This document shows, piece by piece, positions 36,849 through 50,538 of a stretch of DNA of 64,000 nt (positions are counted from its first letter, which is position 1; each line of letters begins with the position of its first letter). The position numbers were made by a program, and so were the translations under genes. The notes beneath the pieces were generated by a model, which did no database searches, was not told the origin of the DNA, and saw only the letters and a program-made list of their open reading frames with translations. The DNA comes from Cenococcum geophilum (Eukaryota), in the NCBI GenBank assembly GCA_050273025.1, contig CP158635.1, forward strand, positions 20,274,001 to 20,338,000, written 5' to 3'.

Positions 36849-37214
36849 TAGCTACTACTATATACTTTTAGATTAAATATAATTAGGGCTATAGCTGTTA
36901 GATAATCTGTATTCTATATAGCGTAGGACGTACACGAGTTACGTGTATAGGGCATATATATTGTAAATATCTTTATCTAAGCCCAGGGGCCCCAGGTTAA
37001 GACACGATTAAGATTATTAATTAATTAACCCATTTTATTAACAAATAGCTCTATATAAACTATCTAACAGTTATAAGCCTAGTCCGCCAACATAAGAAGC
37101 TATTCAGCTATTACTTAATTATTTAAAGAAATTCTACCTTATCGTTAGACTCTGACACCTTATTATTAAAGGACGCAGACTCTAATAGAAATTCTACCTT
37201 AATTATCATAGGAT

Positions 37215-37295
37215 AAGATTCCACGAGATTTTATAAGATTCCATAAGATTCTATAAGATTCTATAAAAGTCTACAAGATTCCACGAGATTCCACC
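37215..37295. repeat. 10-bp tandem repeat (gattccacaa-like, about 8 units) in the Copia 5' region
   Basis: gattccacga/gattccataa/gattctataa units. Confidence 0.8.
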
Positions 37296-38821
37296 TTAAT
37301 TGTTAAAGGACGATCCTGTCGGCAAAATCTTATCTTAATTCCTTCTTTACCTATTAGTTAAATGACTCCACCAATATCAAGTTTGTTTACTATAATTATC
37401 CTTAATAAGCTAAAAGACTGGGAGTAATAGATTTAGTAACTATAAGCTCTTATAGATAAATAAATTTAGGCCCACGTTAACCTAGATAAGGAAGCACCTT
37501 AATAAGGTCTACTATAAGAACTACCCTATTTAGAAGTTACAGATTTTAATAAAAATGTAACCTTATATATATAGCTCTTAATAAATTAATAGAGGGCATA
37601 CAAGAATAGCAGACGATACTATAATTAGGATATAAAGTATTTCCTAAAATAAGAAGAGCACCTTTAACAGATCCGCATCTAAATTACGTTTATAATATTA
37701 ATTTAGAAGAAGCTACTACTTAACCCTTCCTTAACAGTTAAAGAATGGCTATTTTTATTAAAGGAGAACATAGAACCTACCTTATTATTTATTAGGAAAA
37801 AGGTACAATACTAGTATATAGAAGCTCTTAAGGGGTTTAAATACTTATTAAAATTAAATTATTGGCTAGATTAATGGGAATATGTAATATTACTAGGAGA
37901 TAAGTATAAAATACCCTAAATGTCTAATAGAATCTGGCTTTAAGAATTAGCAGAAGTTATTTAACCTTTTAGCAACGCCTATTATATAAAGTATACTACT
38001 AAGTTAAATAACCCTTAGAAGTTAAGATTTTCTAAATACCGTAGAGTAGTAAAGGAGCTATAAGAAGGACTTAGAACACCTTTAAAGAAAGTTAATACTA
38101 CTATAGGAGGGAGTACCTTTAATATAGACTTCGCAGAGTAAGCCATTAAGGATTACTCTAATACTATTAAAGGTTTATAAAGAGGATAAGCCTTAGTATA
38201 TAATAGACGCTTAAAGAGAGCCAGGATACTAGTAAATAAGAAAATGTCCTATAAGAAGCTAATACCTAAGTGCTTAGCGTGCGGAATATAAGGACATTCT
38301 ATTTAGGATTATTAGTATTTATTTAAAAATAAGAAACCCATAGGAGTTATAATTAAAAATACTCGCATTAAAAGGGCGCTAAAGAAGGTAGAAAAGAATA
38401 AGGATCTCGCTAACTAAGTTATAAAGATTAGACTTAAAAAATAAGAAGATAAGGCTTAATAATAATAGGACAAGAGTTAGGAAGTTAAGATTAAGGGAGA
38501 AGTTAATATAATATTCCTAGAATTGTTTTATACTGGCTAACTCCATCTACTAAAGCTATTAACTATTCTTAACTTAGGAACTACTCTCTATATCTTTAAT
38601 AACCTCTCTTATTTCTATAACTTTAGGAAAGCTCTAAGATACAAATATGTTATCGCCGGTAGCTTAGAAGTGCCTATACTAGGCTATAGTAATATTACTA
38701 TCTAAGTTATAAAACTAGATAAGGGTAAGGGAATCCTATGTCTTAAGGACGTTGCCTTTTATATAGACTTTAATATAAATCTAGTGTTATTCCGTCTACT
38801 TTAAAAATAAAAATACTACTA

Positions 38822-40874
38822 TAGTTAAACCCCCTTATAACGATATAGGGTATATAACGATATTGTCTATATTACGATATATATCCTTAATCAATCCTTT
38901 TTTGGTGTAATATTACGATATTCTGGCTTTTGGTGATATCGTTAAGGTGTTTTACCAATATCGGTATAAGCAGATTTTGATTCGTTGGATTTAACGCTTA
39001 CTCACCGCATATTTAGCCATCAATAACCACCACACAACGATTTAAATCTATCAAAATAACCCTTAGATCTTACTCTCTGTACCTAATTCTACCTTATTTA
39101 TTATAGCAAGACATTAAAATTCTAAAAGGCAACGCCGTTATGGGTTTTCCAACTTCGAATGCTAAAAAATACGCGCCTACTACTAAAGTTACCCCCACCT
39201 GTTATAAAGCCAGCTCGCTTAATAGGCTACTAACTTCTTCCGTCGCAGAATTAATTAATCCTTAATATCGGAAATACTTAGTAATAAGTTTAAGCACCTT
39301 AATATAGCTAAATTGCTACGCGGGTAAGGCAGGCGAGAGCGTAAGAGGGACGCTGAATAACCTCTTTTGGAAGAAGCTCTCTTTAAGTAGCACCAACGCC
39401 TATAGAACTCTCGCATTCCTATTTCTGGCGAGCTTATATATATTACTGCTGCTTAGTTATAGCAACGGATACCTATATTAGCTAAGATAGCGGAGCTAAA
39501 GTAGTCTACTGGCTGGTTGGAAGGCTTTAAATCTCGCAATAATATTCGCAAGAGAAAGCAGCACGGTAAGGCTGCCTTAGTTAATATAGAGGGAGCAGAG
39601 GATCGCATAATAGAGCTTCGAGCAATTATCGCACCTTATCCACTAAAGGATGTTTTTAATATAGATAAGACAGGGCTATTTTAGAAGGCTATACTGGATA
39701 CTACATTAGCTATTAAGGCTTAATTAGAAATAAAGAAGTAGAAGGCATAAATTTCTCTAGGCAATTGCTGCAATGTAGATGGCTCTAAAAAGCTTCCTCT
39801 TCTCGTAATTAGCTTAGCATAACGGCTACGTTACTTTACGGCTAATAAAGTTAATATAGCCTCATTGGATATTATCTGGAGGTATAATTAGAAGGCCTAA
39901 ATAACAACGGTTATTATGCTTAATTAGCTTACCTAGTTTAACAAAAGGATGTCTGGCAGGAAGGTGCTCCTCCTAATTAACGGCTTTAGCGCTTACGAAG
40001 CAGCTGTTTAAACGACCTCCAAGAACGGCTCTCTTAAGAATACGCGCGTCGAGTTCCTTCCCCTAAATTATACCTCCGTATACCAGCCTCTTAACTAAGG
40101 AATAATTGTAAACTTTAAGCTCTTCTACCGAAGATATTAGATGCGGTTTATAGTAGAGCAGTTACTTAAAAACCAAGATCTAATTAAGCAGATGCATGTC
40201 CTATAGGTAATTTAATGGGTAATTGCAGCTTAGCAGGAGGTTACACCGCAGATAATTAAGAACTGCTTTATCAAATCCACACTATTTGGCTCTTGTATAG
40301 GCCTACGGCCTCGCCCCCAGGGTTATATAGATCCTCCTATTATTAATAAGCTACAGGCAATAGCAGAAGAGCTGCAAGTAGCAGGAAGAATCCGTGCTGT
40401 AACAAATATTTAGGATTTTATTAAGCTACCAGGTGAGGAAGTGGAGGATTTAACGGAGGATCTTATTAAGTATATAGCAGAGCTCTACGCAGGGCCCAAT
40501 CGCGATGCAGAGACAGATAAGGAAGTTATTAAGCAACCCCAAATTAAGCTTAATAAGGCGCTTGACGCCTTATAAAAGCTTTGTCTTTATAAGGAATAGC
40601 AGGAAGATTGTAATAGAGACATAATTATAACTCTATTGAGGCATGAGCGATGACTCTAAAATTGACGAAGTCAGAACACCAAACAGCAATCAATTACAAC
40701 GTATTTTAGTGTAGCCAATCGCTCAATTGCGACTTTATAGGTGTAGATATATAATATCATTACCTAATTTTAATTTTTGGTGCATTTTATATACAAATAC
40801 TAAATATAACGATACCCTTGGTATTACGATACGGTCGGCTAAATAAGTCGTATTGTTATAAGGGGGTTTAACTG
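38822..40874 (+). mobile_element. Tigger/pogo-like (CENP-B HTH plus DDE_1) DNA transposon, RIPed transposase 39103-40740
   Basis: TIR (c)agttaaacccccttataac / gttataagggggtttaactg, TA TSD. Motifs STGWLEGFKSR, DVFN(M)D(E)TGLF, YQPL(D)(Q)GII. Confidence 0.93.
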
Positions 40875-42540
40875 TAAAATAATAAAGGAGACAATAATTT
40901 TCTAGTTTAGAAGGATAATATAATCCTATATTAAATAGAAGAATGTTATAAATAATAGATTATTAAATACGTCTAATTAGAAAGTCTATTAGGGTTTAAT
41001 ATAAGCTAACTACTACGCCGCCAACGGAAGCGTAGAGCATTGTTAACAGATATTTATCTAGATACGAAAGGTAATATATAACTATAGTATCTATATCTAG
41101 GTTATCTAGGACCTATAAGCCTTTATTATTTAGGTATTAACGCCCTAGGAGTTAAGCTTTAAGGCCCTAAGATAATAGAATATTAATACTATAGTCTTGC
41201 TAAAATTAAGTATTAGGTCTTTCGAAGGTTCTTAAAATAGAAAGTTAATAAACCTTATTTTAACCTCTATATAGACTAGACTAACTTTAAGAAAGCGTAT
41301 ACTAGATTCGTATAAGTTATATTTATCTATAACACCTACTTAGGAAAATCCTTCCCGTACTTTATAATAACGTATAATAAAAAAAAGGAGACACTATAAG
41401 TGCTTAAAGATTTTATTAAGTAGATTTGTCTAAGGTATAACCTTAAAGTTAATACTATTAGATTAGACAATAAGCTAGGGAAAAGGAGAACCCTTAAATG
41501 GCTACGGTCCTAAGGGATTATATTTAAGCCTTTAGCGCTATATACCTAAGCTTAAAACGGTACCGCTAAACGCTTAAGGGGTATAATTATTAAGAGAATA
41601 AGAATTACTACTAATTTACTATATAACTTATAGGATAAGATCGTTAATTATATAGTCTATCTTTAAGATTAAACGCTATAAGAAAGCAATAGATGGAAAT
41701 CGCTATATAAGAGGTTCTATACCTTTTTAGCTAATAGGAGATTAAAAAAACTGTAACTAGCGTACCTAAAAGCCTACGGCTGTAAGGCGTATGTAATAAC
41801 GTTAAATGCCTAGCTAAAGAAGAAAAGGCTAAGCAAGCTAGATCCGCGAGCCTATATTAGCTACCTTATTAGCTATAACTTTACTAATATCTATAGGATC
41901 TAGATCTTATATAAGGGTATCGTAATCTCTATAAGGGATATTATCTTTAATAAAAAGATATTCTTTAACGGCAAGCGAACGGACATCTTAGAGAACCTAT
42001 ATACTAAATTAGACATGCTAATTAAGAAGATTTAACTTTCTAATACCCTAACTAAGAATAAGGTTCTCCTAAAAGATAATAAAGAAGTATTTAAACCGTT
42101 AATTTAAGAGGAAGATAACGATATTAATAAGCTAGTTTAAACCTTTAATAAGTTAGCAGACCTTAAGCTTATAAGAGCTCTTAAAGACGTATATTATACG
42201 CCACCTCTAACGGAAGAAGATAAAGAATCTCTATATGCCTTTTACGTTAGGTATCCTATAAAGTCAGATATATAAAATTAGGACATTGTTTAGCTAATAG
42301 GAGACGGGTTTAACACTTAGGGGGTGTTTAACGACTCGGTTAAAGACTTATTTAAAAAGGCCGGTAATAATAGGTTTAAAGACTTTATTACTAAAAGGAT
42401 TACTTTAGCCTATTATAGCGCCTTCTTAGCAGAAAGGAAGTTTAACCTTAATAGTTAACTTAATGACAGTAAGCTAAAATTAAGTAAAATACGTAATGTC
42501 AGACTACAGAAGAAGAACTTACCTCCTTTACCTTAGTTAA

Positions 42541-45398
42541 TGTTACGGCTTGTACAAATGCCTCTGAACCAAAGCTTGTAGAATGCTGTATTACAAAGAT
42601 ACTAAGCTGAGGAGCGAAAGGAGGTTGAGGAAAGGACAGGTTTATATACACGAGCCAAGTCTCCAAGCGAGCCCCTGACTAGGCTGTATGTAGACGTCGC
42701 AGGGGCGGTGCCCCAGCGCCGTTACATCACCCCCCCCTTCCAAAAAAAGCCTGCCCTCAGGCTTTATCCCCTTGTAGAAAAGAAAGAGAAAGAAAAAAAA
42801 TCTAGCATCTGGCGCTCGATCGCGATGCCGGTTAACGTAGGACTTACAGCAGTCCTGCAGCTCCTACTGCTGTGGGGGTATATCGCTATACCTAGTTAAC
42901 GTGGGGCAGGCAGCCGTCATACAGCTCCTGCGAGGGGTATATCGCTATACCCAGTTGACGTAGGGCAGGCAGCCGTCCTGCAGCTCCTGCTGCTGCGAGA
43001 GGTATATCGCTAGGAGCCCTCCGTTGGTCGTCGTTCCTCCTCTAGAACTCCGGTACCTCCTAGCTCTACTATCCCCCCTTTTGTTATGGCGCGCCCCGAG
43101 CCATAAAAAAAGCCCCCCTAATCTCCCTCTTATAAAAAGGTAGGTGAAAAAGTTTTAATAAGGGTGGGAGGGTTAGGGAGTTGTAGCTCGTATATATATT
43201 AGCACGAGCTCTTGTCCGTTCGGTAGCAGTACGGTGCCAGCGACAGGTTGTTTGGGTGGCAGTATAATGCCAGCAACGGGGTCGTATTCCAGAGAGCAAA
43301 GCTCTCCCTTATATATAGTTAATACTGCAGGCAAAGCAGTAGAAGTCGTTTGTGGTGCTGCAGGCAGAGCAGCAGAAGTCAATTATGGTGCTGCAGGCGA
43401 GGCAGCAAGGTATTGTTTAGCTGCAGGCAAGGCAGCAGAGGTCCAGTGGCAGTACGGTGCTAGCGTCAGATGGTAGATAGTAGGCGTATCGGCGCTATCG
43501 TTGGTCGATTAATCGCAGGCGTATTGGCACGATCATTCGGTCGATTTTGCATGCGAGTCGCGTTCGGGTCGTATTCGAATCGCATTCGGGTCGCAGGCGT
43601 AACGGCACGATTATTATCCAGTTCGTCCAAATCAATTTCGTTGTCAAAGCTTACACAGTTCAGTATTAACCTCGTTGTCGAAGTGTACAAATGCCTAAGG
43701 TAAAGCTTGTATAACTTAGTATCAACCGTGGTCGTTCCTTAGTATGCGTAGCTTAGTGTTAGTTAAAAAGGATCACCGCGGGCGAAGAAGACGATCGAAT
43801 CAATAAGGGAGGCAGTCGATCGTTGATGAACTCGTACGGTCGTTGTCGAAGTCGCAATAGCAGGCGTATCGGCGCTATTGTTGTTAGATTTAGGTATCGA
43901 AAGAGGTATCAAGAAGGTACGTGTCGATATTTCGATTCTTGTCAACGACTGGCAAGACATGCTTTTATAATAGTAGGCTGTCTCGTTCGTAGAAGGTCGT
44001 ACAAATGGCTATCAAGAGAAACGCGTTAATAGTTCGTAAGAGGTCATATTAATAAACAGGCTCATCTACAGAGCTATTGGAGAGTGCCATAAATCGGAAT
44101 AAATCTCCTAATCTGTTCTCCTAATTAAGAGTGCTATAAATTACTTAAATTCTCCCCCAGATTCCTAGTACCCTGTACGTAGGACTATAATACTTGTAGA
44201 TGTATTCGGCCGTAAGATTAAGAGACTATCTAGGTCAATAGTAAGGTTCAGGTCAATTAAGTACGGTGGTTGTTAATAAGAACTTAACGTGTGTCTATAA
44301 GGCGTTTATAAATAAGTTAGAGAGTCGTGTCGCAGGTATATCGGCGTGATAGGTTATCGGGTTTACTTTCGAATTACGTTCAGGCCGTATTTAAATCGCA
44401 TTCGGATCGCAGGCGTATCGGCGCAATCGTTCGGTTAGTGGGACTGTAGGCGTATCGGCACAGTCGGTAATCGGGTTTGGGGGTTTGGGGTAGCAGTACG
44501 GTACTAGCATTAGGTCCTTCCCAATTAATTTCGTCTCTCCTTGTACAGCTCAGTATCAATTAGGGTGGTTATCGCAGCGTAGTAGCCAGAGGATAACGGG
44601 TAGGATTTATTCCAAAGGACTCCGCGGATAATATGCACCTACCGCCTAATGGCACAGCGCGGGTTATAAGTTAGCTTATTTTGGCCGTCGGCCCGAACCT
44701 AATGCATACTAGAGGACTTTGCGGACAATATGCACCTACTGCCCAATGGCACGGCGCGGGTTATGTCTCGGCTTGTCTTGGCCGACACTGCGGGATTAGT
44801 ACTGGGCTTAGTGACAGGATCACTATGTCGTTCTCCGCAGTACTAGGCTGAGTCTCAACCAAGGTCGTCTCTGTAGCTCGTACAACTCCGTGTTAGTTAA
44901 AAAGGTCGGGGGGGGTTTCTAGAGAGCCGCGCTCAATCTAGTAGGGTAGCAGTAGGCTGCAAGCCATTATGTCCTTAGCCATTGAAGTTGGCATTTAATC
45001 GTAACCATAGGAGACCTTCTAGCTGCTTGAGTACCGGCTCCCAGTAACTCAATAGTAGCGACTCGACGCGTTGACGACGCGCAGCTAGGGGTGTTCGACG
45101 CGAGTCCTCGAGGACCTATGGAACGGGGGTGGGAGATTATCCAGGCCTTCCCAGGCGAGGTAAAGAGGGAGCTCCAAACGAATGAAGTCCCCCCCGGGTG
45201 GGTGAGCTTAGTATAATGTTACGGCTCGTACAAATGCCTCTAAACCGAAGCTTGTAGAATGCTGTATTACGAAGATACTAAGCTAAGGAGCGGAAGGAGG
45301 TCGAGGAAAGGACAGGTCTATATACACGAGCCAAGTCTCCAAGCGAGCCCCTAACTAGGCTGCAGACGTCGCAGGGGCGGTGCCCTAGCGCCGTTATA
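42541..45398 (-). mobile_element. Non-autonomous LTR retroelement E (2.86 kb; LTRs 42541-42726 and 45217-45398), lightly RIPed, repetitive internal region
   Basis: TSD gttaa on both sides, PPT next to the left LTR, 10-nt self-priming PBS. No gag/pol motifs were recognised. Confidence 0.88.
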
Positions 45399-48386
45399 GT
45401 TAATCTAGGACCTTAATACACACCCTCTTTAAGATTATTTCTAAGGGGCTTAATAAGCCTACCTCCAATCTAATTATTAAATAAGGTTATTTTAAGAAAT
45501 AGATAAGAAGCATATAAAGGGATAGTAGATCTTTAGCTTAATATAGGTGTTTATCTATAAGACGGATAAGTATAAATTCCTCTAGAAATATAAGGCACGC
45601 TTAATAGTATACGGAAATTAATAGGCCCTAGGAGACCTACCTATAAGAGCTACTATATTAGTAAGTACGACCTTCTAAACCCTTATGGCGATTACCGTAA
45701 AATTTAACCTAAAGATAATATAAATAGATATAGTTAACGCGTTTATCTATTATAATCTTAACGAGGTCGTCTATATAAAGCTACTGCTAGGGTTTAGTAA
45801 AGAAAAGATAAATAAAGTACTACGCTTAAGAATAGCCCTTTACGGACTATAATAATCCCCTTTATTATAGTAAAAAAATCTCATAAGCTTATTAAACGAA
45901 TTAGGTTTTAAAGAGGTTCCTTAGGAGCCGTACGTTATACTAAAAGGTAAAATAGTCGTCTTCTTTTACGTTAACGATATTATCTTCTGCTACCAAAAGA
46001 CAGATAAGAAGAAAGCTTAAGAAGCGATTAAGGAGCTAAGTAAGGAATACTAGATAAGTACCCTTAGAGAGCTAAAATAGTTCCTAGGAACCTATATGCT
46101 ACGTAATTATAGCGAGAGGCTCCTATAGCTATCCTAGGAAGCCTATATTAAGAAGATAGCTAACTAGTATAAGATAGATCTTAAAGGGCGTCTTTTAGAT
46201 ACTCTTATGGCAGAATTAAAACTCCTCCCTACTAATTACTAATTAATTTATCTAATGCGTCTGTCCCCTAATATAGACCTATTAGTCCGTTCTATATTCC
46301 TACCAGCTTCTACGATACTATATTAAAGAAATTTGGGTTTAGTACTCTATATAGCTACTATAATGCGTCTAGATATTGCTTTTGTAGTATTATAGCTAGT
46401 AAGGTTTAATTAGAACCTAAGCTAAAAGCACTATTAAGCGGCAGATAGAGTAATCTACTATAGAGGAGATAAGGAAGGAATAAATAGTAGAGGGTGTAAT
46501 AAAGGAATATGTAATAAAGGACAAGATAATGGAGACGGTAGAAGTAAAGCGTAATTATTTATCTATGCTAGCGACGTATTATTCGCGGATAACTCCGTTA
46601 ATAGAAAGAGCTTATAAGGATATATTATAAAGCTATTTAGGGGACCAATTACCTAGAGAGCAAATAAGCAGGATATAGTAATAATGTTAAGTATAGAGGC
46701 CGAGTTATTAGCCCTATTATAGACAGTAAAGGAAGCTATCTTTATTAGTAGGCTGCTTAAAGCAATAATGTTAAGGCTGAACGAGCCCTTAATTATTAAC
46801 TGCGATAACACCTAGACATTCTAACTAATTATAAAAGATATAGCAAAGCTAATCACGAAGCTCTAACACGTTAACATCTATTAATACTAGCTATATTAGG
46901 AATACGTAAGGAGATAAGTACTATTTCAATGGATAGTAATAAAGGAGACGATTGCTAATAGACTTACGAAGGCCCTGCCTAAGCGGAGGTTTTAAGCTTC
47001 GTTAATATAATTAGAATAGTGGATATTAAGGAGTAGCTAAATAAGGAGAAGCAACTAAAGGACCTAAGGGAGAAGATTAGAGCGAGATAGAAGGATTTAA
47101 ATAAGAGTATGGTTTAATTAACTCATTAACGGATACGAGAAGGTGGTTAGCTTTAACCTTAAAGAGCTTAAAGCTAAGGGTGTGTGTTAGATAATCTGTA
47201 TTTTATGTGGCGTAGGATGTATATAAGTTATGTGTATGGGGCACGTATATTATAAATATCTTTATCTAAGCCTAGGGGCCCTAGGTTAAGACACGATTAA
47301 AATTATTAATTAATTAACCTATTTTATTAACAAATAGCTTTATATAAACTATCTGATAATAGCCTAACCTAAAGGGTTTCCGGTTATTAGCTAAAAGGGC
47401 TGCCAAGACTTAACTATAGGCGGTTGTCTCTTATTAAGCTATAGCTTATCTTAAAAGCTTTAGCTTAGAGATCTTATATAATCCTATAAGCTACGGCTTA
47501 CCTTAAAAGCTTTAGCTTTAAGATTCTATATAATCTTTTTTAGAGCTATAGCTCCAAACTAGAGCTTGAGTTACTAGTTTAAAAACTACTAAGACTTAAC
47601 CGTATATAGTTATCTCTTCCTAAGCTATGGCTTAGATTTGCTAATATAACTCCGTTATAACAGTATAATTTAAAAGGAAGGAAACACGCATATAAGCTAT
47701 TTAGCTATTACTTCCTTATAAAAACTAATTATACGGCCGGGGGGAGGCAATTAAGACGTTAGTTAAAGGTATATAAAAGATCTACGGTTCTAACTTAAAG
47801 ACTCTCTAGTTATTAGCTTATTAAAATATACTACTTTAATTACTTAATTTATCTATCTAGGAAAGGCTAGTGGCTATATAGTATAGTATTAAGGAAGCTG
47901 GCTTTACTAGCCTCCTTACACCACTAGAAGGCTATTAATATACCTAAGCTTAACCTACTTAACCACACAAACTGCTAAAAAGGTAGTAGTAGTGTCCCGC
48001 AACTAGACTAATCGCTAGTTAGAATGCCTTATAAGCTCTCTAGCCTATATATACCGTATAGGTAGCGTAAAGTCTAACAGCTAATTCTTAATACTTCTAC
48101 TTAAACTAATAGTATAAAAATAGACAGCTCCCGCTTAATCCTTTATATATATTTTATAAATAGATAAATAGTAAAAGGGGACTTCCCCTTTAGGCCTTAT
48201 TAAACCTTAAAAACACCTTATAAGAAAAATAGGGAAAGAGTGCCTTAAGGGAAGTCCTATTTGTATTATAATATGCAATTATAGTTACCGCCTTTAATCG
48301 AGCTAATAGCGATTTTTTATGCCCGGTATAGAAAATCCTAATTAGTCTATATACTAATCTTAATATTTATACATTCTTAACCCTAA

Positions 48387-48683
48387 TATTACAGACCTTA
48401 TATTAGTAGTAGTACGACTACTAAGGATAGATATAAACGGGTTGGTTAAGATAGTATAGGAGGCGCTAAAACCGATTAAGCTATAGAATAAGGGGTAGCC
48501 AAGTTATATAACTAGTTAAATTATAAGTTTAAAATATAAGAACGTGGGAATATAAGAACGTAATATACTAACGTACTAACGTACTAACGTACTAAACCCT
48601 TTACTATAGGGAGGAGTTATATATTTAAGGACATACGGTCTCTATTAATAGTTTCTCTTCTTTATAGTAAATTTTAGAATATA
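48387..48683 (+). repeat. U3 half of the 5' LTR of Gypsy A3 (other half inverted at 58220-58343)
   Basis: Matches LTR 11029-11328 and ends at ...agaata|TA, where Fot1 inserted. Confidence 0.8.
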
Positions 48684-50536
48684 ATGTAGTCGGCAAGCTA
48701 ATGGGCCATGCAAGCCTCCGGGCCACCCTATTAAAATCGCAAAAGACGCGACGCGTTACTTAACTATTACTTTAATGGCTACACCATAATAAGAAAACCC
48801 GCTTTTTTAAGAGGGTAGACTTATTCTAGCTCTTAATGCCTATAAGCAAGGCTAAATCTTAAGCTTCCGATCTGCCGTAAAGATATATAATATACCCCGA
48901 ATAATAGCCTAGTAATATAATAAAGGTATTAAACTAAGACGCGGTTCTACTGCCCTAAATTACCGTCTTATACTAGTATAAGAAGAGAGCCTTAAGCAGT
49001 GGATTCTATTAATGGATTAACGCGGTATGCCACCTAGGGTTACTACCGTACGGTAGATGGCTAGCCTTTTGGCTACTTAGCACACTAAATTATAACTAGT
49101 TGGCGAGTAATAGGTATATAACTTTATTAAGCGCTATAATAACCTATAATCTAAATGGAATCGCAAGTATAACTACCAGTGTGCTAAATGCAAGGATCCT
49201 ATACTTATTTAAGCCTAGTTTAAACGCGTTTAAGATACAAAAATTTAATATAGGATTCTTAATAAGGATACTTAGAATTTTAATAAAACTGGCTACTAGA
49301 TAGGTGTTATTGCTACTATAAAAGTTATTACTAAAACTAATAGGGCTGGCCGGCCTAAAATAGTATAGCTAGGCAATTAAGAATGGGCTATAATTATTAA
49401 ATGTATCAATGCTCTAGGGGTCGTAATTCCGCTATTTATTATTTTTAAGGTAGTAATACACTAAGCTGCTTGGTATAAGAATGATATTATCCTATATAAC
49501 TAGTTAATTAGTATTAGCGATAATAGCTAGATAATAAATAAGATTGGCCTAACCTAGTTAATAGAGGTTTTTAATAAGCATATAAAGGATTACACGGTTA
49601 GTACGTATTGGCTGCTAGTACTAGATAGCCACAACAGTTACGTATCGCCTAAATTTAATTGGTACTGCCTAGATTATTAAATAGTCGTCCTCTATATGCT
49701 AGCGTATTTATTATATCTACTACAGCCGCTAGATATAGGCTATTTCTTAGTCCTTAAGCAATTATACGGACGCCTTGTCGAACAGCTTATAAGCCGCGGC
49801 ATTAATTATATTAATAAATATAAATTCCTACTACTATATAGGTAGGCTAGGCCTATAGTACTATATCGGAACAATATACTGGTAGGATTTATAGCTACTG
49901 GCCTAGTTCTATATAGCCCTAATTGCGTGCTAGCACAGCTATATACTAAATATTAGACGCCATTACCCTAATGCCGTCTGCAGTTAAATGTATCTTAGGT
50001 AGCTAAAACACCCTATAATATTGCTAAGCTATAATAGCAGACGGCCCTACTAAGGCGCTATCTTAGGCGGCGTATATATAGCCTACCAAGTCCAATAAAA
50101 TAAGCCCTTAGCCAGCTTATTAAGGGGTGCGAAATGGCGATATTAAGCGCTGTCCTACTTGTAAGTAAAAATGAGAAGCTATATATAGAAAACTAGCACT
50201 AGAAACGGAAGAGAGTATAGCGGCGCACGTATATAGCTAAGGGGGGTGTTCTATTAGGAGTAGAAGGCCTATCTCATATATAAGCTGTCTAGAAAAGGGC
50301 AGTAGAGGGGGCAGTAGAGGTAGTGGTTAAGCGACCGTAATGGGCAGTACGTAAGTATAGTATGTGTAAATTAATAGAACATAATGCACGTACGTGCCCT
50401 AGACGTTAAATAAGTAGCTAGTAAATAGCTACACCAAATATAATCGTTCGTGGTTAAGTAATTTGCTGTATTTGCCTTTAGTGGTTTAGTGGGGTGGCCC
50501 GGAGGCTTACATGGCCCGTTAGCTTGCCGACTACAT
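48684..50536 (+). mobile_element. Fot1/pogo DNA transposon copy 2 (heavily RIPed)
   Basis: TIR atgtagtcggcaagc... / ...gcttgccgactacat, TA flanks; transposase homologous to 27399-29042. Confidence 0.93.
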
Positions 50537-50538
50537 TA

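Larger units (their letters stand above)
36896..47358 (+). mobile_element. Full-length RIP-degraded Ty1/Copia element D (LTRs 36896-37069 and 47185-47358) with two nested insertions
   Basis: TSD atagc on both sides; PBS gttat(g)agcc. Relics of the gag knuckle, protease (D)SGTT.(H)IFN, integrase QNG.AER, RT FFYV(D)DI and RNaseH (D).SFAD, in Copia order. Confidence 0.93.
35638..47640 (+). mobile_element. Non-coding LTR element C2 (5' LTR 35638-35895; internal region interrupted by a MITE and Copia D)
   Basis: LTR and internal repeats are reverse-complement homologues of element C1. The right boundary is approximate. Confidence 0.6.

Noticed and set aside
42708..44029. Cluster of overlapping small ORFs in element E
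   Set aside because: They occur on both strands in GC-richer repetitive DNA, with no recognisable domain.
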